From Eledone cirrhosa (taxonomy: Eukaryota): a stretch of DNA of 64,000 nt. The stretch covers positions 55,490,001 to 55,554,000 of the forward strand of contig OZ024748.1 of NCBI GenBank assembly GCA_964016885.1, read 5' to 3'. The notes below the pieces were generated by a model that saw only the letters and a list, made by a program, of their open reading frames with translations, made no database searches and was not told the DNA's origin. The position numbers and the translations under genes were made by a program. Of the stretch, positions 1 to 13,498 are shown in pieces (the first letter of the stretch is position 1; every line of letters starts with the position of its first letter).

Positions 1-14
1 AGATGAGTAGTCTT

Positions 15-135
15 CAGACCAGCGGGGCAATGGGAAATAAAGCGTCTTGCTGAAGTAGATACCGCGCCGCTTGGTGCTAGCAGGAATCAAACTCATGACC
101 TTACGATCGTGAACCAAACAACCTAACCATTAAGA
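15..135 (-). mobile_element. SINE family 2, tRNA-like 5' head (degenerate)
   Basis: Reverse complement contains a B-box-like GAGTTTGATTCC. The stretch gaaataaagcgtcttgctgaag...ggaatcaaactcatgacc is similar to 29670-29790 and 38040-38160. Confidence 0.6.
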
Positions 136-412
136 CGTCTTCACAAAGTATAAAACAATAACGTTTTATTTCAGGGGGGTTTCACCGCTATGTCTACAAG
201 CTTACTGTATCGTTAGGTCATAAACACATATAGCCCTACATAAGATGGTAGGGTGTGTTTTGTGAGAGATTTGCCTGCTATAAATAATATTAAGATTAAG
301 ATAAACGAATGCTGCTATATCTATCAGGTCAAGATACTCTGTAAATTTCCCATTTACTGGCTTATGGACAAACAAACAAACACAGACAGACACACACACA
401 CACACACACACG

Positions 413-464
<52 letters not shown>

Positions 465-1759
465 ACACTTGGGTGTGATCTAAGCGATATTTCTTTATTA
501 TTTTAATTAGTTTTAGCTACAATTTAGAAACGCATACACTTTTCTCTACTTATAAATAATATTAAGATTAAGATAAACGGGCGGGTTTCTTTACGCGCAA
601 GCACACGTTCTAAAAATAGGGTAATAATTACGCCTTAGTTATGTGTGTTTGTGTATCTGTGACTGGGGTTGTATAATGAATCATGTACGAAATTGTCGTG
701 TAGATAAACATTTTGTAGCCTCGCTATGAATTTGAGAAGCGGTGATTTATACCGCACTAGTGTTCGGTAAACAACGGAGAGTACCGGATAAAGAATATAT
801 ATAATCATTGGTGAATTCTTGTTGAAGATTGGGAGGTTAACACGGTTAAAAATGTACTTAATACGTTGGTAGAACATAGGAATCTTAGGTAGAAATTACT
901 TCTACAGAACTTATGTGATCAATGTGCTAATACAATCTGTCCCTGAATATAGGAGACGCTGTCTCATCAGGCGCTGGGGTAAACCTGTAGTTGTTTTGGC
1001 CCTTTCCACTCCTATACCCGAACTTTCGAGGTTTCCAGGGCCACACACTGACGAAGGCGACGAAGCTCTTACGCAGAAGCAGAATGTTAGTTATGTCTGA
1101 TGATATGACTCCGAGCGAGATGTTTCCATTGACCTAAATGTATCAGGCGATCCCTTCACATCAGGGAGACCACAATGCCTCCTTCCATTTTCCAAAGCTT
1201 TAGTTGGCTGGCCCCTATGCCTAATTTTCTTTCCATCCGACCTTTTGCTGAATAATAAACTCCTCCCAAGATAGACACTGACCGTGTTGACCACAATACA
1301 CTAGGGGCACATAGTAACTTCTCACTTTCCCCTTTATTTTCTGCTGGATGAGTGCCACTCTTCACGCCTTATAATTTGTAGAGTTGTACGGTCCGAATTG
1401 ACAACTTACACGAATCTGTTTAATTATTATTACATATCATTTCTTGAATTAAATTTTGAAATATAATTGCAATACTGTTCTCGATGATTCGAGCAAGCTT
1501 GCAAAATAACAAATTGTATGTAAATATTTTCTTGTAATGTCGACAGTTTCTAAACAATAATAACCAATGGTCTACCGTTTGTATAAAAGCAACAATCACT
1601 AATTATTATCATTCTAATTATGGTGAGGAAGGTATTGCATGTCCATACATTTATTTAAACATGTCACAGCCAGAAACACAATGCACTTTATAGATTACGC
1701 TCACATAGACAGACACACACATACATATATATATATTTGTATGTATACATATGTATAGG

Positions 1760-1790
<31 letters not shown>

Positions 1791-1875
1791 GTATGTATGT
1801 ATATATATATATGTATCTATATACTTCATCTTAACACGTTAGGTGAATATATTTTTCAGTTTCTCTTTGTATTAG

Positions 1876-1921
<46 letters not shown>

Positions 1922-2315
1922 GTATAAGTATGCATGCATTGATTGCGTGTCAAACAAGCTGTGAGTGACGTGGTACAGACAGAAATTACTTAAACAATTA
2001 TTGTAGTTTCTGACAAATAAACTCAATATAAGATAAATATAGATACCCATAACTGTAGGTAGGATAATCCAAAAATATGGAGAGAGAAGCGGGGGGATAG
2101 TTAGATAGACAGACAGAAGTATACATAGTGTTATATTCACCTGGTGTATAGATGCTTTGCATACTTGTGTATGTTAAGAGGGTCAACTATATATCCCTAA
2201 ATCAAGTAACATTCGTGCATTTATAGCACGCATCATTAAGTGTTGCACGTATAATTAGCAATGACAGCATTCTTAGGGGACTTTATTCTGTTTAGAAGTT
2301 TGTGTAGATTTTCAA

Positions 2316-2383
<68 letters not shown>

Positions 2384-2590
2384 TGGGAGAGAAAGATAGG
2401 TAGGTAGATATAAAGTGCGAAGACCGAGAAGACTGAAATTAGGCTAGGAGTCGTTGCAGGAGGGGAAAGAGAAAAAGGTAGATTGATGAAGTGGAATTGC
2501 AACGGGGAACTTAGTCGTGTGGAAATCATAAGTTGAAACGGCTGGGTTCGCCGTTGGGATTCTGACTCTCCTATCTTCTTCCTCTCTATC

Positions 2591-2595
<5 letters not shown>

Positions 2596-2676
<81 letters not shown>

Positions 2677-2796
2677 ATATATATGAGAGGTATAGAGATT
2701 GTTTTAGCAAGAAGCTAACAGCATTCTATAACATATATATATTATATATATATATATATATTATAAATATATATATATATATATTATATATATATA

Positions 2797-2874
<78 letters not shown>

Positions 2875-3012
2875 ATATATATATATATATACATATGTAT
2901 ATATATATATATGTATATATATATATACATATGTATATATATATATATGTATGTATGTATATATACATACATATTTATGTATATATACATATGTATGTAT
3001 ATATACACACAC

Positions 3013-3046
<34 letters not shown>

Positions 3047-3088
3047 TTATATATATATATTATATATATTATATAATATATATATATT

Positions 3089-3119
<31 letters not shown>

Positions 3120-3151
3120 ATTTATATATATATATATTTATATATATATAT

Positions 3152-3197
<46 letters not shown>

Positions 3198-3228
3198 ATT
3201 TATATATATATATTATATATATTATATA

Positions 3229-3262
<34 letters not shown>

Positions 3263-3321
3263 ATTTATATATATATATTATATATATTATATAATATATA
3301 TATATTATATATATACATATG

Positions 3322-3398
<77 letters not shown>
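2596..3398. repeat. Long compound (TA)n microsatellite
   Basis: Directly visible TA dinucleotide tract with occasional substitutions. It accounts for the poly-YI ORFs. Confidence 0.95.
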
Positions 3399-3403
<5 letters not shown>

Positions 3404-3430
3404 CTTATTTCTGAAGACGGCATATATATA

Positions 3431-3680
3431 TTAGAAAGTGAGTTCTTTTTTACAAAATGAAAAATAACCGAGGTGTCCTACACGAGTGAAAGTATAAAGA
3501 AAAAAATTATAAAGAAAAGAAGATGAAATCGAAAATGCAACTCGAGAAAAGCCACAGACCCTCTATCACAACTCTACTTTTGAAAAGCAGAAGAACTGCG
3601 AAACCGGTAAAGGAACCAAATAAATATATATATTTAAAAAAAAATAAGACTCCAGTTGCATTTTCTATTTCATCTTTTTT
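3431..3680 (-). mobile_element. TA-embedded palindromic element family E (one arm largely deleted)
   Basis: 3431-3500 is the reverse complement of the tail at 56269-56332. 3544-3680 matches the arm at 56104-56260. Confidence 0.8.
3577..3612 (+). ncRNA. Variant minimal type I hammerhead-like motif (U3-A8 core), family E
   Basis: ctt-TTGAAAA-GCAG aagaa CTGC-GAAA-CCGG-TA-aag. It has a 4-bp stem II, a palindromic ACCGGT stem III, a GUA triplet and a weak 3-bp stem I. Confidence 0.5.
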
Positions 3681-4225
3681 TCAGCTTCAATTGAAATAAC
3701 AAATAAATTTCTTATTTCATTACTGATAAATTTAGCCAGTTTATTTTCTGTTTTACTAAAGAACAAATCAAACAAACTAACAAACTGGAAAATAAGTATT
3801 TTTTTTTTCATGAAAGTTGATAGCGCCAAGTTAATATATCTGACTGCAGTGGAATGTTTATAAATATGTTATGAAAATCAGATAACCAAGACTCGTTTTT
3901 AATCATTGCATAAAGATTGCTTATCTCAGCAAATACAACGTACTTTCAACTTGCTTTAAACTGAAGGAAATATTCATGCCGTATGTTACGACTGTCAATC
4001 ATATATATATATCTCATTCTGTCTGATTCATACATTCCCTGACCCTTTATACGTTTCCTTTCCATATATCTCTGAGTGCCTGCCATTCTATATATGTACA
4101 CACACACACACACACACACGCATATATAAGGTTGACTGAATACGCACGTGTGTTTTTCTATCAATGTTTCCCCTTCCTTCCTCTTCTCATTCTTTATTTT
4201 TCTATTTCAAATATTTATCTATCTA

Positions 4226-4262
4226 TTTCCTGATAAAGGACAAGTGTTCGAAACGTTAAGAT
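4226..4262 (+). ncRNA. Degenerate minimal hammerhead-like motif
   Basis: CTGATAA-a-ggac aagt gttc-GAAA-CG-TT, with a palindromic AACGTT stem III. G8 is substituted and stem I is poor. Confidence 0.35.
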
Positions 4263-4344
4263 TATTTTCGTTTTATTTCTAACATTAAACTAATATATTT
4301 CTTCATTGTACTGTGCCGTTTGCTTTGATCTTTCTGTCTATTTC

Positions 4345-4693
<349 letters not shown>

Positions 4694-5696
4694 TTTTTCT
4701 TACGTTTTCTTTAGCGATTTTAAATTTTACAGTTCCGTGTTGCTAAGCCGACGCCTTCCACCTGTATTTGCCGGTTCTTTGCCCACTGAGATTTGTGGTT
4801 GACACCCCTTCACCACTATAAGGCGTCCGGCAAGACGAGGCCACTGATCAGGACGTGAAAAAGCCGTCGTTGATCGTGACCGTTCGCGAGTACTTACTGC
4901 TCAATGCACCAAATGGTGCGGAAGAACCTACGACTAAGATATATATTTACACGCACATGTATACATACATGCCTACGTCCCTACACACACACACACTCAC
5001 TCACACACACACACACATATATATACATTATATATATGTACACACTATGTATATGTACACACTATATATATATGTACACATTATATATATGTACACACTA
5101 TATATATGTACACATTATATATATGTACACACACACACACACACGCGCGCACATAAGAATATATATAAATATAAATTTTGATAACTCTCGGCTAATGTTT
5201 GCGCTGGACATGTCTAACTAACAGAACAACATATAGTGTGTACTTATTTGTGTGTCTTAAATGATACATTTTTATGTAGGACATATTGTATATTAGTGGG
5301 TCAAGCAAAAGTTTAACGTATTTATAAATACAACTTATAAGCTTATGAACATATACCGACTCGTACAAAGGTTTTATCTTAGATTTCATAATGTTCAGAG
5401 CATAAGTAATTATTATTTAATTACTTACATCGCAACCGAATGTGTAATATTTTAGAATTAGACATACTAATACCAATTCCTAACTAATATGTGGTTCATA
5501 TAAATAGCTTTCGACTAGTTCACTTTTTGAATGGAAGACAATTGTCATATAATGAGAAACTAGTTAGTAATCAATTATATAAAGGAAATGTCTTAGGTTT
5601 TCGTGAATTCATGTTGAATAAGAGAATTCTTTTCTGAATTGTTTATATATATGCATATGTATGTGTGTATGTGTGTATGAATATATATGCATATGT

Positions 5697-6007
5697 ATGA
5701 TGTTGACTTGTTTTTCTTTTTGGTAAATATCATTTTGGTTAAGAGAGTGGGACTGGCTTTGTGCAGTGCCTTTGCTCACTATAAAAGCTTCACGGCACAG
5801 GCATTGCTTTTTATCTGAAGATCTCTCTGCACTGTCATCACATGGTACCATTGGCCCAGCACTGTCAATAATTGTCACAAGTGTAGTGTTTGTACCACAG
5901 TTTAAGTCGCTGGCTGGACTAAAAATTCACACTCGTTCAGCGCATCGGTAGGGGTTCTCCTACATATAAAATAGTGGCCGTACTCGAAAACGTGTTGGCA
6001 GCGACCA
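5697..6007 (+). mobile_element. RTE-derived non-autonomous element, 3' part (copy 1)
   Basis: Aligns by eye with 49572-49890. It ends in a decayed C2H2-like frame (C..C..FKSLAGLKIHTRSAHR*) followed by a short UTR and (TA)n. Confidence 0.6.
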
Positions 6008-6022
6008 TATATATATATATAT

Positions 6023-6130
6023 AAAATAAATGGAAACTATATTTAAAAAAACATATTTATTTTATTATATATATTTCAAGGGCAACCAAGACAATCCTGG
6101 TGCGCTTTCAGCAGATAAAATACAAAGTTG
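6023..6130 (-). mobile_element. TA-embedded element family F with hammerhead motif (6058-6122)
   Basis: Minus strand reads TATTTTAT-CTGCTGA-aagcgcacca...tggttgccctt-GAAA-TATATA-TA-ATAAAATA with an 8-bp stem I. Homologous to 57447-57775. Confidence 0.7.
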
Positions 6131-6234
6131 AGTGCTCTAAATCAGTTATAAACATTTATGCTCGTCGAACTTCCAACAAATTAAATACAACTTCTACATA
6201 TATATATATATATATATATATATGCATATAAATA

Positions 6235-7120
6235 CAAATATAATTTCACCGAGATATGCCGGCAAGCGCTCAATGGACTAAGAAGAAACCAAAGCAATTA
6301 ACATGCGTTATAAAGGCCGGATAAGATGAAAAGAGTAGTCGTGAAGCCATCAGCCACGTTAGCCGAAAAAAAGAAACAAGCTAAGCAGGTTAACAAAAAA
6401 TCATCTGGACCTCCTACAAAGTGTTTGTAAAATCCAATGGGAGGTTTCTTTGACTTCTAAATCAAGCATACTGACTGCTTTCATTGTAAGCTTTTGGTAT
6501 AACGATCGAACAAGGTAGCCATTTCATCAACACGTTTTCTGTTCTCTGTCGCCTACCGGGGTTCCAATGGAGTAGCAGTGAAGTGACTACCCCATGTGGT
6601 TACCCTGCAAGGGAGGTAACGACGGTTTTTGGCGGGTGCATTCAAAATGTGTAAAGGAATTGCAAAAAATTGCAAAATACTGCACAAATTGAAGTAAGCT
6701 CTTGACCGGTTGTTTTTAAATAAACTTAGGCAATTAATCAGTGAATAGAATTGTCTAATTGGATTAGGTAATTAATTACTAGGCCCGGGAGATTAATACA
6801 AATATAATTTCAGCGAGATCGTATTTCGGCGGTGGCCAAAACAAAACGAAACGCAATCTTCAAGATATGCCGGCAAGTACTCAATGGACTAAAAGAAGAC
6901 CAGAGCAATTAACAATCGTTATAAAGGCCAGACAAAATGAAAACAGTAGACATGAAGCCATTAATCACGGTAGCCGAAAAAACGAAACAAGTTAAACAGG
7001 TTAACAAAAAATTACCTGGACCTACTGGAAAGTGTTGGTAAAATCCAACGGGAAGTTTCTGTGACTCCTATTCAAGTATACTGTCTACTTTCGTTGCAGG
7101 CTTTTGGTATGCCATTCGAA
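6235..7120. repeat. Diverged direct repeat of ~260 bp (6251-6510 and 6863-7120)
   Basis: Both copies start agatatgccggcaag(c/t)(g/a)ctcaatggactaa and end gcttttggtat...tcgaa, and are colinear throughout. Confidence 0.85.
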
Positions 7121-7506
7121 TCACTGAATGCTGTTACGGGGTCCGTGTCGTGAGGGTTTTATTCCAGAGTTATGGCGGCTGTAGTGTATTTAGACTAAAT
7201 ACAATCGAAGTCATTTTTGCAACCTGTGTACGAACTTTATTCAAATATTACAATTGTTTCGATATCGATCAGCTCAGGCTACAATCAAAATGACGAGGCC
7301 CAAATCTTTTTCGACATCTCGTCAGATATGCGATTTTATATGTGCAAAGACAAAATAATGTTGAAACAATTGTAATATGCCAATAAATGTTTACATATGC
7401 TGCAACACTGACTTCGATTCTATTTAATCAATCAATCTATCTATCTATCTATCCATATCTCTCTATCTCTCTCTTTCTCTCTCTCTTGCTCCCCCCTCTC
7501 ACTCTT

Positions 7507-7634
<128 letters not shown>

Positions 7635-7844
7635 GCGTGTGCTTATATGTACATGAGCCATATGGACAATTAACAGAATTACATATGTAATGTGCATATG
7701 CAAAATATTAATTAGGTGTAACATAAGACACATTTAACCAGGCACTTGTATGGCTTACATGTAGAGAATATAATATAGCAGTATATATATATATATGTAT
7801 AGAATCGTAGAAGTGTAAATGTAAGTCTGCAAACATATGTAAGC

Positions 7845-7951
<107 letters not shown>

Positions 7952-7979
7952 GATGTTCCAGAACAGTTAATTCACCATT

Positions 7980-8022
7980 ACCGAGAACAATTGTTTCACC
8001 TTATTCGGATCATCAGCTCGAT
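7980..8022 (-). ncRNA. Minimal type I hammerhead ribozyme motif, family A
   Basis: Minus strand: ATCGAG-CTGATGA-tcc gaataa ggt-GAAA-CAATTG-TT-CTCGGT. Confidence 0.75.
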
Positions 8023-8042
8023 TAATATAACAAAACAAAACA

Positions 8043-8085
8043 ACCAAGCTGATGATCAGAATAGGGTGAAACAATTGTTCTCGGT
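8043..8085 (+). ncRNA. Minimal type I hammerhead ribozyme motif, family A (slightly decayed)
   Basis: ACCAAG-CTGATGA-tcagaatagggt-GAAA-CAATTG-TT-CTCGGT. Confidence 0.6.
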
Positions 8086-8178
8086 ATGATGAACTAACTG
8101 TTATGGAACTACTTCTACCAAACTCGTCCCATGGACTGAGTGCTCTACTACTACGGATTTAACCCTCCAGTGTTCTGC

Positions 8179-8247
<69 letters not shown>

Positions 8248-8248
<1 letters not shown>

Positions 8249-8440
8249 CACAGAGGGTGTGATAAGATACCAGGTGAACCATAATGCACCAGAGTACTCA
8301 ATACGTATTGCAGTTGGGTGGGTAATAGGAAGATAGTCAGGACCCTAGCGGTTGAACTCCGGCCGTTTCGCCAGCTAGATCCAAACTGATCTAGCTGTGG
8401 ATACGGCCAGAACTCAGCCGTCGGGGTCCTGAGTCTTTTG
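8248..8440 (-). mobile_element. Diverged member of TA-embedded palindromic family D
   Basis: Tail aaccataatgcaccagagtactcaatac matches the other D copies. Imperfect palindrome at ~8330-8440. Confidence 0.7.
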
Positions 8441-8487
8441 CTATATATTCATATATCCATGGAGTGTAACGTGAAGTTACTGTATGT

Positions 8488-8524
<37 letters not shown>

Positions 8525-8528
<4 letters not shown>

Positions 8529-9272
8529 ATAATAATAAATTTGAAGACTAAAATCCAAAGAGGGCTCGATAAGGATAAATATACATCAAATATATAAGAA
8601 CCGTAGAGCAAATATATATTAAAATAACAGATTAAAGTTTAAGCAAAGAATCGTTGCTTTCACCCTTAACGGGCTCTTCTGAAACTAACAAAGTCAATCT
8701 GTGAACGCAGAAGTACATATTTCAAAAAAAGTTGCAACCGAAGGAAGACAGGAAGACGATACTCTGGTTGGTGGAAACGTTCCCTGGCAAAGAACAGCAA
8801 AAAACGAAGATAAACGTCATTATTTGGACCGGAGAAAAATAATTACACGCAAAGACAAAACCACGTTTATGGTATAAAAGAAGTAGTAGTCTAATATTCT
8901 ATTAGGTGGTTCATAGAGACGTTCTCTGGCAATGAACGAAAAAACGAAGATAATACGTCATATGTGGAGCGGGGAGAACACTTGCACGGAAAGAGAAAAT
9001 CACGTAAATGGTATAACTGAAGTCGTAGACTAAAATTCTAACTAGGAAACCGAATGATTCTCGGCTTCAGAATTAAGAATAAAGTAAATAAAATACAGAG
9101 GTAATTTAAATTAAATAAATACATACACGCATCCATATACGTACATATACAGGCATACGCGAAAACACGAAATATTTACTTCTGCCTTCACAGATTGACT
9201 TTCTTAGTTTCAGAAGATCCCGTTAAGGGTGGAAGCAGCGATTCTTTGCTTAAATTTTAATCTGATATTTTA

Positions 9273-9280
<8 letters not shown>
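8525..9280 (-). mobile_element. TA-embedded element family B: inverted arms (8610-8722 / 9171-9280) around a spacer containing a ~145-bp tandem duplication
   Basis: The arms are reverse complements by eye. 8774-8900 is repeated at 8916-9040. Hammerhead-like motifs lie at 8636-8686 (-) and 9206-9256 (+). Confidence 0.8.
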
Positions 9281-9321
<41 letters not shown>

Positions 9322-9864
9322 CGTACTAGTATAGATGTAAGTCTTGTAAACGTATGTAAGCAATTTACGAGGGCATCAATGACGAAAGGTTAATCATGCT
9401 TTAACATAAATATGAATATGTAAATATCGGAAGTAAGAGAAGAGAAAATAGTAAAGAAAAGAATGTATAAAAGATTTGTTTACTGGGTTGATATCATACA
9501 GTATAGAAACAAAGAAATTGAAGATGTTTTATGTAGCCCACCAGGTGGTAGGATCTACACACCGGAAATACAAAATAGCACATGTCCTAGATATGGAGGA
9601 ATGAGTTGGGGTAAAATCAAGGGGGAGAATGCAACATGAATACACGGCCGCTTCGGCATTTGAAAACAAAAAGAAAGAATACAAGAGGCAGTTTATAAAA
9701 AAAAAAAAAAAAAATGAAGTAAATACTTTTAAAACCACAGAAATAAATATTAGAATTCTGAATAATATTATTCATTTCATTTCATAGAAATCTCACACAA
9801 ACACCAGTTGCCGGGGGTAAAATTGTTGTCAAACCCTTGGCCATGCTAGCACTCATACCACCCC

Positions 9865-9988
<124 letters not shown>

Positions 9989-9990
9989 GT

Positions 9991-10180
9991 TTAACGGGAT
10001 CTTCTGAAACTCAAGTTTCAGAAGATCCCGTTAAGGGTGAAAGCAACGATTCTTTGCTTAAACTTTAATCTGTTATTTTAATGAATATTTGCTCTACGGT
10101 TTTTATAAATATTTGTATATATATATTATCCTTACCGAACCCTCTACAGATTTTAGTCTTCACATTTATTATTATTCCTA
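9991..10180 (+). mobile_element. TA-embedded element family B (short inverted 5' end plus tail)
   Basis: Reverse complement of 8525-8686. Its 5' hairpin is ttaacgggatcttctgaaact-ca-agtttcagaagatcccgttaa. Confidence 0.85.
10013..10065 (+). ncRNA. Variant type I hammerhead-like motif (CAGAAGA core), family B
   Basis: AAGTTT-CAGAAGA-tccc gttaa gggt-GAAA-GCAA cgattct TTGC-TT-AAACTT. All three stems pair. Confidence 0.65.
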
Positions 10181-10196
10181 TATATATATATATATA

Positions 10197-10415
10197 TTAG
10201 TAGAGCACTGGAGGGTTATATCGGTAGTATAGAACACTCAGTTGAGTAGAAGTTCCACAAAGTTAATTCAACATTACCGAGAACAATTGTTTCACCTTAT
10301 TCGGATCATCAGCTAGGTTTTTTTTTATGTTTTTTTTAAATTTTAATCGAGCTGATGATCCGAATAAGGTGAAACAATTGTTCTCGGTAATGGTGAACTA
10401 ACTGTTCTGGAACAT
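10197..10415 (-). mobile_element. TA-embedded palindromic element family A (copy 2)
   Basis: Reverse complement of 7952-8182. Hammerheads at 10276-10318 (-) and 10346-10388 (+). Confidence 0.85.
10346..10388 (+). ncRNA. Minimal type I hammerhead ribozyme motif, family A
   Basis: ATCGAG-CTGATGA-tcc gaataa ggt-GAAA-CAATTG-TT-CTCGGT. Intact core, 6-bp stem I and palindromic stem III. Confidence 0.75.
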
Positions 10416-10526
10416 ATTATATACACACACACACATATATACACATTCATCTAAATATACGTGTAAATATAAATCATGCATATATACATTTTTACACACA
10501 CACTCAAACACACACACACACACACG

Positions 10527-10573
<47 letters not shown>

Positions 10574-10661
10574 CGGTCATATATGTATGTACATACGTGT
10601 GTGTGTTGTTTGTATACACATCTATATATGCATGATTTATATTTACACTCATATAGACATA

Positions 10662-10722
<61 letters not shown>

Positions 10723-11401
10723 CATATACATGATACATTAAGAAATACACGCACAGAAACAAGTAAGATTGGTAGGGCTATAATTTCTAAAACAGCCTAG
10801 CTACTGTTCTCAATTAACCTAGATTTCTAGAAGCTTCTTGCCTCTCATGCGAACACGGCTGGTTTTAATCCTGCTAGTACTTTTATTACTTCAAGTGTAC
10901 GTCTTTGCTTATCTACGATGTAGCTTCCTAATTAGAAAACACTATCTCTAAAGCATTGACTTATACTTTCTATATAGCTCCAGCTTCTCTGAATGACTCT
11001 CACTCTTTCACCTCTCTCATACTCATTTATTATCCCAAATAGAATGGCCAGTATTTTGTATGTGTTACACTTCATATATATATATATTAGTAAAAGGAAA
11101 AGAAAATGCTGGCAACTTTTTCCCAGTGAAAAGTAGTTTAATTAGTAATAAAAATTAGTAATAAAAATTAGTAATAAGTATTGGTTAGTATTCAGTTTTA
11201 GTTTTAAGTTTTTACCGTTTCTAATGCTTTTCAAAAATAATTTTGAGATGGAGCGCCCGTGATGTTTGCTCTAATCTGTATATATATATATATATATATA
11301 CATTTGCAGTATAGCAACATAAGGTTGTACTTACCAATGAAACGGTCGTAACTACCTGGATAAAATCCTTCTCTTACTGCTTACCTGTGTTTTCTCTTTT
11401 A

Positions 11402-11449
<48 letters not shown>

Positions 11450-11514
11450 AGAAAATTTTATGTATGGATATATACGTTCATGCTGATATATATATGCGAG
11501 AAACCCCCTCCCCC

Positions 11515-11548
<34 letters not shown>

Positions 11549-11653
11549 TTGTGCGTGAGTTTAGTGCTTCCCCTCTTATGAACCGGTCATATATCCAGGA
11601 AGCTTTAAACCAGGATTATATATATATATGCAAGTCAGGATTATATATATATA

Positions 11654-11917
11654 TCCCAAAAGTCAGCTCAAAAGTGACACAGAGGAGACTGGGGTTGGCT
11701 GGACATGCTCACCGACATCCAGAGTTGACATTGCACTCAGTGCTCCTTTGGGAGCCCCTACATGGACACACTAGAAGAGGAAGACCAAGGTTAACATATG
11801 TTGATGCCCTAAGGACAGACACTGGTCTGTTGGAGATGCAGGATATGGCAGCGATAATGAGGGACAGAGACCGCTGGAGAGAACTCGTCCATGGATCTCG
11901 GGAATTTTACCCGCCTT

Positions 11918-11919
<2 letters not shown>
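11654..11919 (+). mobile_element. 5'-truncated RTE/RTE-X LINE 3' end
   Basis: Encodes [23 protein letters not shown]...[23 protein letters not shown]...DRDRWRELV, a typical RTE-group C-terminus. Flanked by (TA)n. Confidence 0.9.
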
Positions 11920-11972
<53 letters not shown>

Positions 11973-12018
11973 CATACATATACATACATATATATTACGC
12001 AAATATGACCCTCCCCAA

Positions 12019-12119
<101 letters not shown>

Positions 12120-12374
12120 CATATATATATATATACATACATATATATATATGAACACACGTATATATGTATAAACGAATGTTTCTGTACAGAGATTTTT
12201 ACATGTTATATGATAAATATAATTAAAAGTGTATGTGTTTGATTGTCTTTGTATATTGCAATGGTAGATAAAATATTTAGTACGGTTAATAAAGCTTGAT
12301 TATTGGTTCCACGTTGATGATTCACCTTCTCGTTACTCAGAGTTCACCGGACTGTGTAGTTACCTGTGCATGCA

Positions 12375-12472
12375 CAAGGTGTCCCCATAAATGTATATAT
12401 ACTTCTACAGCACTGTAATAAATGTTGCCTGTTCAGGTTATCAAAGTGTGTATACATTTTTGGGACACCCTG
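12375..12472. mobile_element. Tc1/mariner-type MITE (diverged)
   Basis: TIRs caaggtgtccccataaatgtatat / atacattttttgggacaccctg, the same TIR as 19005-19082 and 62030. Confidence 0.6.
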
Positions 12473-12482
12473 TTTAAATATT

Positions 12483-12515
<33 letters not shown>

Positions 12516-12542
12516 TTATAAGTATATATATATATGTTTAAA

Positions 12543-12620
<78 letters not shown>

Positions 12621-13171
12621 TATATTTCGTTTCCGAATTTGTTTAGCAAGATTCTTTATCTGAAAACGTGTGTTGAAACGGATATTTTTATGCTTTGGGA
12701 GGGTCATGTTGCAAATAAGAAACACACGTACCAGTTGTTTCACTCCAATTTACTAAAAATTAAATTTATAAATTTAAGAATTTATAAATTTCCGGTTGGT
12801 TGGTTGGTTGTTTGGTTCCATAACCAGACGGTTGTTCACATATTGTCAAAGTTCTTTCGTCACACATTATGTGACCTCTTCAGTGACTGGGGATTATTTT
12901 CTTTGTTTTGTGCCTCTCCTTTGTTCTGTCCTACGCCATCTTGTTTTTGAGTGTGTTCCAGAATTAGCCGTCGAAACGCCTTGAGCTCTGCCGCCGGGGT
13001 CATACTTGTTCCTATATATATATTTATATATCATCATCATCATTTTACGTCCGCTTTTCCGTGCTTGCATATATATATATATATATTGCCGTGTGGATGT
13101 GTGTGTGTGCATGTGTATAGAGAGGAAGAGAAGGACAGAGACACACACGCACACACACGCACACATATATA

Positions 13172-13208
<37 letters not shown>

Positions 13209-13257
13209 GATTCCTGATGATTTCTAATGAATGAAACAGTTCTAGTCCTGTAGAATC
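13209..13257 (+). ncRNA. Type I hammerhead ribozyme motif with canonical core
   Basis: GATTC-CTGATGA-tttc taat gaat-GAAA-CAG ttctagtc CTG-TA-GAATC. Predicted cleavage after GUA at 13252. It is the start of a ~135-bp element (13209-13345) between TA tracts. Confidence 0.8.
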
Positions 13258-13407
13258 TCATCTATATTAAAACTTTTATACTCTGCTATGTATTGAGTAC
13301 CTTACTTACTGTGGTTACCTCCGATTCAACCCGGAATAACGTACATATATATGTATATATATATATATGTATACATATATATATATGTATACATATATAT
13401 ATATATG

Positions 13408-13498
<91 letters not shown>

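Larger units (their letters stand above)
7952..8182 (+). mobile_element. TA-embedded palindromic element family A (copy 1) with two inverted hammerheads
   Basis: Arms ~7955-8022 and 8043-8109, then a unique tail to 8182, with (TA)n on both sides. It is the reverse complement of 10197-10415. Confidence 0.85.

Noticed and set aside
279-579. 29-bp direct repeat tataaataatattaagattaagataaacg (279-307, 551-579)
   Set aside because: The repeat is real, but it is too long for a usual TSD and no element boundaries could be assigned. No interpretation is supported.
1091-1365. Possible decayed RTE 3' end (LLFSKRSDGKKIRHRGQP)
   Set aside because: The similarity is too weak to support without a BLASTX search.
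2490-2565. GAAACGGC..GCCGTT half-hammerhead (similar halves at 11338, 12660, 18706, 61420)
   Set aside because: No recognisable CUGANGA. These are at most decayed remnants and are not called as features.
3391-3430. Small hairpin gccgtctt-atttctg-aagacggc containing CTGAAGA inside TA repeats
   Set aside because: No correctly placed GAAA or stem III. Probably a collapsed palindrome remnant.
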